Part shown: positions 1 through 12,900 of the stretch, piece by piece | Position numbering within the stretch: the stretch's first letter is position 1 | How the letters are laid out: every line of letters begins with the position of its first letter | Assembly: GCA_964035545.1 (NCBI GenBank) | Contig: OZ037769.1 | Span: forward strand, 7,731,929 to 7,795,928 | Length of the DNA stretch: 64,000 nt | From: Bugula neritina | Lineage: Eukaryota > Animalia > Bryozoa | Reading direction: 5' to 3' | Notes under the pieces: model-generated | Seen by the model: the letters and a program-made list of their open reading frames with translations, nothing else | Databases searched by the model: none | What the model was told of the DNA's origin: nothing | Made by a program: the position numbers and the translations under genes

Positions 1-60
1 TCTGGTATATAACTATTTGCAACTATTTCACAGAGCCAGTTACTAGCTAGTAATACAGTA

Positions 61-275
61 GGAGCAGCCTCAGTCTAGGGGTTAAAGTGTTTAGCTTGGT
101 AAACACGAAATCATAGGTTCAAACCCTAGTAAAGGCCATTGGTGATGTTAGGAAGAGCATCCAGTTATAATTGCGTCTGTGCCTCATCTGAATAAGCCCT
201 TAGCAATTGCTTTAAAAACCCATAAGGGATTCTAACAGGGATGGTGACTATAAACTTGTGTGAGTGGGTGGGAGT
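61..275 (+). mobile_element. tRNA-derived SINE copy with 13-bp TSD
   Basis: tRNA-like head (CAGTCTAGGGG A-box-like, GGTTCAAACC B-box), AGGAAGAGCATCC motif; flanked by direct repeat TAGTAATACAGTA (48-60, 276-288); homologous to 35542-35743. Confidence 0.85.
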
Positions 276-961
276 TAGTAATACAGTACTTGAGAAGTTA
301 CTTTTCATAGATACTGGAAAAGTATTGAAGATAAATTTATCAAACGAGGCATTTGAAACCTAAACAAACCGATATGTGAATATTATCTAGTTTCAGGCAT
401 CATCTTTGATCTTGCAGACAAGAAGTGACAGAAATGTGCAGGTGATTGTAGGTTATATATTACAAAGTTTATTTTCTATGCTCAAACCTTGGATATAAAG
501 TTCATGATTATAGTTATCTCCCATTGTATGTTAGCATTGCTGAAGGTCAAACCAAATTCTATCTTTTCACTACTTTATAAGCTCTCTGGCACAATAAACT
601 TGTGTAAGTCTGCAGTTATTAGCTGCAACTCACCATGTTACCAGGTTAGCAATAGATTACCATTGAAAATGGTAGCAAATAGAATTATACCCATGACCAA
701 CACCACTATGCTGGTATGCACATGAAATATAGGCAATGGATTAATTGAAAAGCTAAGAAATAGTTTTACACTGCATTTTCATGGCTTCGAATTCTAGGAA
801 CGGATGCCCTTACGAACGAATTAGTGGCTGCGGTTTGCATGAGCTTACGGTTGTGTTTTCAAACATCAAATGAAAAATCCAGTCCCCTAACGCATGGAAA
901 CCTATTTCCACAATGCATGGAAACGCAGTGCTAGTTTATTCATTAGTGTGTAGCTACTTAC

Positions 962-3391
962 TGCCTTTGCTTTTAGTCTGCAGTCATAGTAGGTGACAGC
1001 TCTGTGGATGCATGTACCGAGCTTCTTAGAGGCAGCACTCAGTTTATCACGCGAGTCTTTGAACAGGGATTTGAACCTGTTTCGAGCCACCTAAACATAG
1101 CAGGTATTTGGCATCACATTGCACAGCTATGACGAAAGTCAGCGTGTACTATACAGGATGTTTACATTCAACGTAGTAATATATACTATGAAATTTCTAT
1201 AGAGCTATTAAATAAATATCTAAATTTCAAAATTCATTCATAAGATAGTGTAGAAGGAACTGGTTTGTAGTCTACACACAAAGACAGAGCACGGCTATGC
1301 CAATAAAAACATTACAACTACCTGCTGAACTATACCATAATACTAACTCAGAGAATGAGTTGTAGACAAATGAATTGGAGAATGAATGTACTTGATAGTT
1401 GATTTTATACATTATTCTCAGTGACATTATAAATGCTGCATGCAGCCTGAGCCAACATGGAAGGTCATGACCTATATCAATACATACAGACAGTGATGGG
1501 GTAACATACCAACAGAACTGTATGTGATGTATAAGAATGTTGATGTCTCAATGTATACTCTAATATTGAAGATATTTTGTCATGTGGTGTCATGTGTTAT
1601 ACTTGAAATACTTGATAGCAGCAGAGATACTTGATAAGAGGTTAAAATAGAATCAAGTATGAACCATGTGCTGGCCCACTAAATATTATATTAGTACTGT
1701 AACCATCTTACATTAGCTGTTATCTCACACACCTATATTGTGTGTTTCACACTGATCTCTTCATATATTAGCAACTTGAAGCATGCCTATTGATTGCAAC
1801 TACTAGAAACACTAGCTTATCAAAGACTTGTAAAGCCTTATTACTACTGTATACTGAGAAATACGACAAGCATATCTTATTGCATTGTATTGTATCTTAT
1901 ATTCTGTATTTTATTGATATGAATAAGTTAACTAGTATAATATATAGTAGTCTGTCAACACATTATCATACATATATACATACACTACCACACATCTATA
2001 CATACATTACCACACATCTATACATACACTACCACACACCTATACATACACTACCACACACCTATACATACATAACCACACACCTACACATACATTGCCA
2101 CACACATCTAGACATACATTACAGTACACGAAGTCAAGATTTTTAACAATTATTGATATCAGTATTTGCTGGAAAATGAGTTTTTTTCTAAAACATTCTG
2201 AGCCAGAGAATGTACCATTTCTGTACCCCAGTGTGGTAAGTTACGCCCTGGAGTATCTCAGTAACATGCATGAACTTTTAACCACACAAAAACAAATCTG
2301 TGTATACCACATAAAAACCCTTAGTAGACCATAAACAGCACTTAGTATAACCATAAAGAGAACACTTCATAGACTATATACAACGTTTTTCCCATTATTA
2401 TCATGACAGATAACATGAGTATGATTACTATACATTACTTCTCTGGCCAACTGATTGCCCTTTAAACACCACACTGCTAAACTAGATCCTTGATATTAGT
2501 CACTATGATCGAAGAAGCTTCCTCGTCTATTTTCTAGCTTGTAAACAACTTTTCCATTTTACATGGTTGGAGATATTGTTATATGGCAAAATAAAATGCT
2601 ATATGCTAAATGAATGACTTACCACTAAATCGTTCTCATACTTGTTGATCAAATCAGTTGCCTTGTTCATCATTTCTAACTCATTCTAAAAAATAAAGTA
2701 AACATTCCTTTTAACATAATAGGAGTTTATTCTGTAAAGTTTATGATAGACTATATGGTGCATGTGTTGATGAGTGCACAAATTGTGGCCTACAAAGTAA
2801 AAGTTAACAAATAGCTCAAATGTCAACGTATTACAGAGATTCGCATTCAAGACTATTAAATTTATGTTTCAAAAATAAACTCAACATGTTGATGGTGCTA
2901 ACCTAAGTATTGAATATGAGCATATTTTACGCAATATGAGAATGCCATTATAAATTGTAATTCTTATTAGTTATAAATAAAATCAAATGGGCAGTTGTGA
3001 CAATTGAAAACTATGGCAAAACACAATTCTAGTTCAATTTTTTAAATCTTTGTAAGTAAACAAAGAGTTTGCACAGTGAATGAAACAATCAGAATCAGGT
3101 TAATTCTAAGCTACTTACTTGGATTCTGGGGTCAAGAGGTTCTTCATCCTCACTGTGATTAGAGTCGGTCTTAGTTTGATGATCCCGGCAAGATTCAAAG
3201 TCTAGACTGTTATTGTTACTTTGATTTACATCATGAGTCCAAGAATTGTCATTAGTCTTACTATAATCATTGTGATGATTGTGATTTACAATGCAATTTG
3301 CATTTGAATCAGTCAGAGTCACTCCCATTTTAACTTTGCACGCTTGAATTTCAAGGAAAGTTTTATCAGCTGTTGAACTATCAATGCTCAT
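962..3391 (-). CDS. SH3BP5: SH3 domain-binding protein 5 / parcas homolog, first three coding exons (remainder not located, probably beyond the left window edge)
   Basis: Exons 3391-3119, 2685-2623, 1090-962 join in phase 0 with GT-AG: ...EEPLDPRIQ|NELEMMNKATDLINKYENDLV|VARNRFKSLFKDSRDKLSAASKKLGTCIHRAVTYYDCRLKAKA, matching the SH3BP5 coiled-coil N-terminus. Confidence 0.85.
1957..2125. repeat. 22-bp minisatellite (CACACCTATACATACACTACCA-like) x~7
   Basis: Tandem copies visible in SH3BP5 intron; explains spurious His/Thr/Tyr ORF 1790-2146. Confidence 0.9.
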
Positions 3392-3479
3392 AGTTCAAGC
3401 GATTAGATGAATATAAACAATACTGGTGGCTGCAAGGTTGTTATAAAGCAGCATCACATAAGCGCGCACAACATTACAA

Positions 3480-3670
3480 GCACTAATAATAAGTTCGCAA
3501 TCGCCGATTTAATGCCTGAACATGGTTCGTTTACCGGGCTATGACGACATAACTAGTAAAGCCAATCAAAATTGGCCTCCAAGTTATATTGGTTGCTGGT
3601 CAACCAACTGAAAGACATGTGTGTCATTCGGTGGATTGACCAATAGCAGCGCAGTGTAAAATAGTAGGCG
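3480..3670 (-). promoter_or_regulatory. Probable SH3BP5 promoter
   Basis: Locally CpG-richer stretch upstream of ATG 3391 with several CCAAT/ATTGG boxes (~3562, 3571, 3588, 3639) and TGACG (3542). Confidence 0.45.
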
Positions 3671-6397
3671 CATGTTTTCTATTATAACTCCACACATGCT
3701 TACATACAAAGTACCGCACTAATAATATTATGTATACATTATCATACATATCATATGTATAATGGATTTGTTTAAAGCAGATTATTTTGCATCTGGAATC
3801 TCACCATTTGAATTGACATTTAAAGTACACTAATACCTGACTTTAGCATCTATCAAATATGAAATATTAGTTGCAAATAGTTAGCTTATTACACTAATTG
3901 CACTTTGGAGGAAAAAAAACTACTATAAATACAATTTTGTTTTTATGAATTCAAATATTATATATAAAATAGTAATTTGAGGTTGCTCTAAAGCACATAG
4001 CACTTAATCAATACGCCTGCATCTTCTTTATATAAAATATTTCTAGATCCTTTAGGAAGAAACTCACCACAAATGCCTTAGCGGGTACAGGCTATAATTA
4101 CCATCAGTTTAATTTTGATGAAAGTGATTCTAAAATCAATATATAACTTTTTTTCCAAAAGAGTTAGAATCTCTATATAGGGGGTAATTGATGCCTGCAT
4201 GCGTTGTTGGTGTAGCAGGTATAATAGCAATAATATATTATTTATATTGCAAAACAACATGTTTTATTTTACTATTTTATCACATCATCGGCCATAAATT
4301 ATTTAATTTTAAACTTGTAAAATTTTCTTTAATTTACTATGGTAACAATATATTACGTCTATACTAGGTAAATTAATAGTGCATTATAACTATACAGCAG
4401 TTATTGATGATCACAATAATTCCTAGAACTTAGTCTAACTATAACACAACACTGGTTCATCTACATAATGTTTCATAGAACTTAGTTTAACAACTCAACA
4501 CTTATTTATTGTTGTAATGTAATACTCGGTGTCTACAGTTGAATAACCTAGTGTGGTTTAATTTCAAATAGACATTCCCAGCTATATAAGCTAAGCTGAA
4601 TTTCCCATTTATAGAGCTTCCCACATGGCTATTTATTTATTTTGGTGCAATATGTGTATTTTATGTGGGGCTTGGAGTTTGGGAAGGTCTAACTGGGAAA
4701 CGCCTATCTGAGATGAAATCCTTAGCCTGGGGCCTCGTCAGAGAAATTTTGCATGCACCCCAAATGCGGACCCAAATGAATGAAAACCCGCTGCAAAAGC
4801 AACTAATCACACACAATGCCTTGTCACCAGGATCAGAAATTTACTGGCTAATGACAATCGCAGCGTTTAACCATCTAATGACAGATATAAAGACAGCAAG
4901 TAGAAAAGCTCAATTGCTATAGTGTAAAAAATGAGAACTTGAAACTAAGAAAGTGACCTTGATAAATAATAAAATTAACTAACTAGATCATTTCAACACA
5001 AATTTTCCGAAATGGCCATTGACCATTTAAAAGCATGAGATCCACACAAGACAGCTCATTTTTGGCTTGTGTAAATTTTCCATTTCAGTTATTTTGGAAA
5101 ATATGCTTAATATATAATACAGTCACAGACGAGCTAATTGTAATGCAAAGTGGATGGGTTAAGACAGAAATAGCATTATGGAGGTCAGTATATTGCTATG
5201 ATGTAAAACATACTGAAGAATGTAGCATGCTTATATACTACCCCCTGCGAGGAAATTGATCCAGTTTGTGTTAAAGTGAGTAAAAAGTGTGTTTAGTTGA
5301 AAAAAATTTAAAAATTGGTACTGAAATCTTTTGAATTTTGAATTCTTTTCTTTACCCTCTGATTAGGAGAATATTATTCCACATTTAAACAAAATAACAA
5401 CAAAAGTTTACAGAGAATTTTTCAAATAGTTCAATCGAGCCGTTATAATACTAAGTGTTGCATAATATTACGAAATTTAAACTCAATTATCACTCAATCA
5501 CAGAATATATACCAATAATTTACCACACCTCACTTGATTAAGAGGAGTTATCCAGTGGCATTTGAAGTTGTCCTCCTTATAAAGCAGTGGAACTAGAAGG
5601 CTACCACCCTATTGGTCCAAACTAGTGAGTTAGATAATATTAGATGTTATGATGCAGGAATAAAACATAGAGAATGCTAAATAAATGGGCAGCAAATTAC
5701 CAGCACTAAGAAGCATATGACCTGTGCATTCGGTCAGTTCAAACATTAACGTTACTATTATGTAATTAATCTGCGTATTATTAGTGTTACCTTGTAGACA
5801 TGCATACGTCAGCTAAATATATTATAATGATGAAATACAAATATTCATTTATTTTTTGCATAACTTGTAAAAATTTCAGGTTTTATTTACTTTTGTGTAA
5901 ATTATTTCTATATTTTTGCAGCTGTTGTACTTTTGGTAAGCTGTCAACAAGTGGTATACCCTTGATATTCAAGACACTATCAATAAAATTGACTTTATTC
6001 TGTCAACAACAATTCCAGTTCTTTCACTTGCAGCTGGGAAAACTTCATTAGGCAATCAATGCTGCTGTACCAAATGTTTTAAGAATTATATAACATTATT
6101 TCGAATAGTATGTTGTTCAATATAATATAAGTATTAGTTTATTTCAATAAATTATTTTTTTCTATACACATGCATGTGTGATTATAGGAAACAAACAAGG
6201 TTCCGCCAAAAATCAGGAGACTCTTATATATACATATATTCAAGTTACTACTAGCTGCAGCACTTATCTCAGTGATCACATAATATACATAAATTGTTTA
6301 CACAATAAAAAAATATATACTATATACATATGTGTAATTACAGTTATAATAAACAGATACTATAGATTCAAATGAACATAAGTTAATAGCTGGTGTT

Positions 6398-7304
6398 TCA
6401 ATATAGAGAATACCGGCCACTGTTTACTGTAAAACAAGATTTAACAGCCTTTAGCCATTTTTTATTTAATTTAACTTTAGAGCAACAGATTTTGTTCTGT
6501 CTATAGGATATAGCTTTAGTGTCACTGTCACTACTATTCCTAATTCTCCTTCTAATGCTACGGAGTACATTGTAGAATGTAGATCTGAAAGTTGTCTTCT
6601 TGTTACTAATTGGGGAGACAACTTCACCATCTTCCTCTTCAATATCTTCTAATGTAATCTGATGGTCTATCACTTTCTCAAACACACATACTCCATCATC
6701 TAATCCATTTCTACCAATAGCACTCTTCACTTTTTTAATGAAGACTTTCATCTCTATAGCTTCATCTGAATTTCTAAAAAATATGTGCATAGTAGAATTT
6801 ATTTTGGCAATACATGTATAATTCATGTTTATAATTTATTTAAACTACATCCCATAAATTGCATCACGAAGCTATGCTACCTAATCACTGACAGAGGTCA
6901 AGTATAAACTTATAACAAGTATACTTTGGAATTGTTTTCCCTTCTGTATGCTTTCTACTATGATATGCAATGCATTGAGTCATCCCTTATGTAAAGCGTT
7001 ATGTACCAACTAGTAACTTTTAAAATATTCAAATATTGATTTGCAGTGAAGTAAATAGTTTGAGATTATAATAAAGCTCTACGCAATTTATCTTCTATAA
7101 ATATATATACTATGAATGTCGATCTAATAATTATATAATCAAGAAAGACAACATATTATTACGCTAAAACTTTTCAAGTTCAAGTTTTAAAGGAAATTAC
7201 AAATAGACTTACTCATTAAAAGTGTAGGTAGCAGGTACAATCTCATTCACACTATTAGTTGGAGATGTAATATCAGACAGTGAATAGTTTCTTGTAGAAG
7301 ACAT
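6398..7304 (-). CDS. Two-exon orphan gene, ~155 aa, no recognisable domain
   Basis: Exon1 7304-7213 (MSSTRNYSLSDITSPTNSVNEIVPATYTFN+GA|gtaagt) joins in phase to exon2 6773-6398 (ttttag|A AAT TCA GAT GAA...YSLY*); TATATA tract ~175 bp upstream. Confidence 0.7.
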
Positions 7305-7477
7305 GTTATCAATAATTCCAGAGCATATATCTGAGACAGCTAGCAGAATAATGAACTTGCTTCATCAAAAGACAGATACAGAGTGAACTTTTAGTTATTT
7401 TGATTGTTGAACTAATCACAAAACACAACGTATAATTATTCAAATTTAAATCATTGTTGACATCAGGCTATAGGGCC

Positions 7478-7524
7478 TATATATAATGTATATATATAAT
7501 GTATATATTATATACATTATATAC

Positions 7525-7566
<42 letters not shown>

Positions 7567-7595
7567 TATATAAATATTATATATATTATATATAT

Positions 7596-7638
<43 letters not shown>

Positions 7639-7640
7639 TA
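7478..7640. repeat. (TA)n-rich microsatellite
   Basis: Direct reading. Confidence 0.95.
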
Positions 7641-8656
7641 TAACTAACTTGTTCATATAATTACCATGTATGCTATCATATTATCATATATTATCTTGAA
7701 AAGAAAGTACAAGCAGTTATGTTTATGCACCCTTTTACAATCCTATGCAGTTGACTTAAATCATGTGATGATTAAACTTTCAATATATAACAATAATCAT
7801 TCTTTGGAACATTACTCTCATTTCTAGTTTCGTTGATGTTGGGTTTGAAGTTGTGTCTCTTTTTTGAAGGATAGACAACTCTATCTATATTAAACTACTT
7901 TTTATGTACATATAATAATTATTTAACAAATTTTAAACCCGCCAGAGCCCGTAGTTTGCACCGAAATTTGTCTGATTCACCAACCATCAAGTTAGGACCA
8001 GTTTAGTGAATAATGGCTTTCACCAGAGTTAGGAAGGTCTACTGCTTTAAGCTGAGTTGTTGAGGTTTTATAAGTCAATGGCTGTGGCCTAAAGACCTTG
8101 ATACATTTCATTATTAAAATACTTATATATACATAATAACCATCACCTGCATACTGTTGGAAGGTTGGATGTTCAAACAACTTTTGTCTGAGCTAAACTT
8201 CTTGAACGAAATTATCTGTAGGTTCCCCACAGTCAATGCTCCATAGTCTATACGTACGAAATATACTGGTGAATTTATACACATTTTATTTTCACCAGTA
8301 TATATTCTGTATTTCACATACACACATATACCTTTGCAGTCAATGAAGTTGTCTATATAATTTAGCCAATACACTCAGCTTACATTAAACTAACCCTCTG
8401 CAGCTCATTGTAGGCTGAGCTTTGCTGTTACTGCCAACACACCTTTAATGAAGGAAGTTACTATTTTTGTCTTATTTGTATTGGAATATTATATGTTAGA
8501 TTGGCCGAGTAAATTTGATCAATATATATGAGTAATATGCATGCATGTAACCTTTAATTATCACAGAGAGTTTCCTGGTACTACTTGCTACTACATGGAA
8601 TTATTAATAAGTGTCCTAACATATATTATGAGTTAGTGAACAATGAGACCCAACAA

Positions 8657-8872
8657 CATTCTAGAGTAACTGCTAAGGTACATTACTCTAGCTGCCTAGC
8701 AGCTGGCTGATGCATTATAGAGTAACTGCTAAGGTACATCACTCTAGCAGTTAACTGATGCATTCTAGAGTAACTGCTAAGGTACACCACTCTAGCAGTT
8801 GACTGATGCATTCTAGAATCTAGAGTAACTGCTAAGGTACACCACTCTAGCAGTTAACTGATGCATTCTAGG
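8657..8872. repeat. ~48-bp tandem repeat x4 with internal inverted repeats
   Basis: Unit CATTCTAGAGTAACTGCTAAGGTACACCACTCTAGCAGTTAACTGATG. Confidence 0.9.
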
Positions 8873-9082
8873 AACTCTAAACATCTCTTATTCAAATTAA
8901 TTCAACTGGTAAAGCATCAGCTTATCCCTTCTACATAAAAAGTGCACTGAAATATAAGTCTGCAAGATGGAGCCTACAATTTATATATTTTAAAAACAAC
9001 ATAAATAATTAGCTATATGGTCACATATATGCTTTTATGTATGAATCATTGGGAAAATACCTTATTTCTCTATATACAAGCT

Positions 9083-9210
9083 TTTTTTATCTCTCTCATT
9101 CTAGCTTAAAATATCTTCTTTCTTTTTTATATTATAATATCACAATATTACAATATATTATAATATAAAAGAGAAAGAAAATATTTCAAGCTAGACTGAG
9201 AGATAAAAAA
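9083..9210. repeat. Imperfect palindrome / foldback (MITE-like)
   Basis: TTTTTTATCTCTC..TCTAGCTTAAAATAT..TTTCTTTTATATATTATAATAT mirrored by ATATTATAATATAAAAG..AAATATTTCAAGCTAGA..GAGAGATAAAAAA. Confidence 0.75.
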
Positions 9211-9976
9211 TCCATTTTAGACATCAATATAATTCATTTACTATAAGTTGCTATTTATCGCTGAGAGTGCAGCTAAGGTTGGTTCGGTGTGATAAATGAG
9301 TTTATAACTCCTAAATTAATTGCAATATTTCACCAATATAAATGCTGAAAAGATCAAATGTATAGCAAGGCACTATTGAGGGATTGGAATTATGCTAAGA
9401 TATTACAACTGGGTAGATAACTTCAGTAGCATTTACATAAATTGTGAGCTCCAGAAAACCTTGCATCCTGCTGCAGGATTGCCACGTTGTAAAGTAGCTC
9501 TTACCTTATCTCAGCCTATCAATTTGATGTTTTTCCCAGGGGCCCAGATCTCTCCGATTCCGGTTGCTGCGTTTTTATTGGTTGATCAAAGTTGTTTACC
9601 CTCTCGTCTAGTCACGCTGCACAAAAACTGGCAATCGTACGTTGCACGAACGTGTGCATTTCACTTTTGGCAAGACGCCATTCGATTCCAGGCTGCGTGA
9701 TTTTTTAATTAGAGTTTTCAGTAAAATTATCATCAGCCGGAATTCGGTTGCATTTGATCGAAGCTGTGGCTCAATCGCAGTGATCATTTGGTTGCAAAGA
9801 CTGAAAAAGGAAACAACTGCAATAGAATTAGAACAAATTGAATTTGATTGTCATTGCAATCATTGTGATTGTCATTGTCATTGTGGTACTGGTAGCCGTA
9901 GTGACTGTGAGCAAGTGAATACTAATAAAAATAACTCTCACTAACTTCGTAATTATTATCAATTCATTATCTCATC

Positions 9977-12900
9977 ATGCCACTTGCTGCAGCCACAGCC
10001 ATGTTAAGAATTAAAACTTGCTCAGTGAATTTTTCCAAAAAGGTAGGCTTTCAAAAATCTCATATAATAATAATATTAATAGTAATACTAATACAGTAAA
10101 AGTATTAATAATATTAATTATAATAATAATATAAATATCAATTAAAATATTTATGTTTGTGTTAAATTTAATAATCTAAAAAGTTATGTGTAATATTTTA
10201 ATTTAAATTAAATGGTATTATTAGTATTATATAAATATTGATTAATGTCAAAACTATTGAATTTCATGATTATTCATTGTTATAAATTTAAAAATCTTAC
10301 ATCTAAATCATAAATGTCAAATTTTAGGGATAAACATAATGTTGAAGATTGCTGTTTTAGCTCATTTGATCATGATGATGATGACCATGAGACATGAGTT
10401 AAGCTCCAATATGATTATAAATATAGTAATAATAATACTATTAGTATTAATATTTATTTACTTGTAGTACTAGTTGTACTTAAAATAAAACTCTAATACA
10501 TATGCTAATAGTAATAGTAGTAGTGGTAATACACTGATACAGTTACACTAATACTAATGTCAAGTATAATAGTAATACTAATAGGAGTACTTGTAGTAAA
10601 TGTAATACATTTCAGTTTAGTTTTACTTTTAGTAGTTTTATTAGTAGTACTCACCGATAGCTAAAGTGATTATTGTTATATTTGTATATTCAGACTGCTT
10701 TTAGTACTTTGACTTTCACTAAACCTACAGCTAGTCCAACTTCATTAGCAGGTTACCAGCTAGTGTTACTGTTAGTATAAGTATAGTATAAGTACTAGTA
10801 GTATCATTGCTAATACTAATAGTAATAGTAATACTAATAGTGATGTGTTATACAGGGTTAATGGACAGGATTAGTCAAAGTTCAACGAGCAATAAGCTAA
10901 ATCTCATACTTCTACTAATACTAATGTCCATGCTGGCACTCACTCTCACATGTACTCTAAGTTTATCGCATTGAAAGTAATGTTCATATTCATAACAAAT
11001 CATGCTTAATATTATTATTATATTAATTTTTTCCTGCTACTTATATTTGATTCCATCAGTCATGAATGCTGAATAATGATACCAACAGTACAGTAACAGT
11101 AACATTATGTAGAACTAGATCAGTTGTTTGTTAACCTAAACTTGAATTTAAAACCGTGATATTTTGTAAGTGACAAACTGTAGCAGTTACTACTGATCCA
11201 TCCTGCAAACAAAGCCACACAAAATTCCATATAGATAATTCTATTGGTTTTTATTTTTTGCAGCAATTGCAATTAAACAATGTTAATGTTAATCATTGAT
11301 CATTCCTCATTTTAATGTGTACAAAGAGTGATTTAACTTATGTCGACCCAATGCTAATGCTCATATTGACTACAAAAGTTATCACAACACTAAATATCAG
11401 AACTCTTGCATAAAACTTCAAGCATAAGATTTATCATGATCATTATGGATCTTGAAGACTCAACAAAAAGTGTCTCTGGAGACCCAATTGTGGCTCTGAG
11501 TCTATTTGTTAAAACTCACTAATGTAAATGTTTGTAATTGTTAATGATATTCATACTGACTCTAAAGAGCTACTCTTAGTACTTGATCTAATTACTTCAA
11601 AAATGGTTTTGAATTTAATGAAGCTAAATGAAGACATGTTTTACACAAATTCTATCGTCTATTTGACTCATTTTTATTGCTAGTCTCAGTGGTATCTGCT
11701 TATTCTCTCTGCCAACAGGGTTTTCTGCTGGCTCAGAAGTGTAAGTCCTTGGCTTCTACTCAAATTGCAACTAAGTGGACGTTGCAAGAACCTCTCTCTC
11801 AAGATGACCCAGAAATGTTTTCTCTCATTCAAGCAGAGAAAAAGCGCCAACTCAGTGGTATAGAGCTCATTGCTTCAGAGAATTTCACGAGTCGAGCGGT
11901 TGTTGAGGCAATGGGCTCGTGTCTTCACAACAAATATGCAGAAGGTTACCCTGGTGCCAGGTCTGTATGTATCCTAAACTATCATTGGCAGAAATTGAAA
12001 GTGAAAAATGCTTCCGTTAATGCAACATAACTTAAGAATTTTGATCCAATTGCAAAGTATTTCAAAGATTTGATGTTTTTGAGTAAATTTGGTGTAGAAA
12101 ACGATGAGCGATAATGATGTAAATAAATTTTCTAACAAAGAAATAATATCTTACAGTCCCTATATTTGCATACCATACTTGGCACAGTGTAATCATGCTA
12201 AGTTATATAATCGAAGGACTAATACCATGTTTGTTAATGTAGATATTACGGTGGTACCGCAGTGGTCGACCAAATTGAGCTCTTGTGTCAGAAGAGAAGT
12301 CTGGAGGCATTTGACCTTGACCCAGAAAAATGGGGTGTAAATGTGCAGCCATACTCGGGATCTCCAGCTAATATGGCAGCGTATACGGGACTACTGGAGC
12401 CACATGATAGGATCATGGGCTTGGACCTGCCTCACGGTGGACAGTAAGTGTGATAGGCCTTTCATTCAGTAAATATGTGCTGCACCACTCTGGGCATGTT
12501 GAACAGCAAGTAAATCTAGTTTGTGAAACCTATTGCTCAAGTTTGTTTATTTTCACTTTCTGGTCACAAAAATAGCAGCTGATCTCAGCTGAGCATCTGA
12601 TGTGATTTAATGGCAGCACTCACTCTTCTAAAAGGGAACTCCATGGCGTGCAGCTGCACTTGCATCTATTTCTATAATGATTTACTAGTAGCAAACGTTT
12701 ATGAAAGGGGGCAATGGTATGAAAAAGGTTGGGAACCACTGAACTAGAAGGACTAGTTGATTTGTATTATATACTTTGAACAGAACAGGAATGAAACTCA
12801 CTGAGTACCAGAATGTAATTTCACGTGAATTGGAATAGTTCATCCATAAAGCTGAGTTTCACTATAGCTAGTTCTAAAGTCTTTACTTTGGTTCTGATGA

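Noticed and set aside
1790-2146. 118-aa His/Thr/Tyr-rich ORF
   Set aside because: Produced by a 22-bp minisatellite on the antisense strand of an SH3BP5 intron
8657-8872. CRISPR array or hammerhead ribozyme tandem
   Set aside because: No unique spacers, eukaryotic context; CTGATG is followed by CA and there is no GAAA core
9392-9944. Two ~100-aa ORFs, one with a CHC-rich tract
   Set aside because: Overlap the SHMT promoter/5' UTR; the Cys/His tract is the periodic DNA signature read in frame
12724-12741. hAT-type terminus AGGTTGGGAACCACTG
   Set aside because: No partner TIR or TSD found, so the element cannot be delimited
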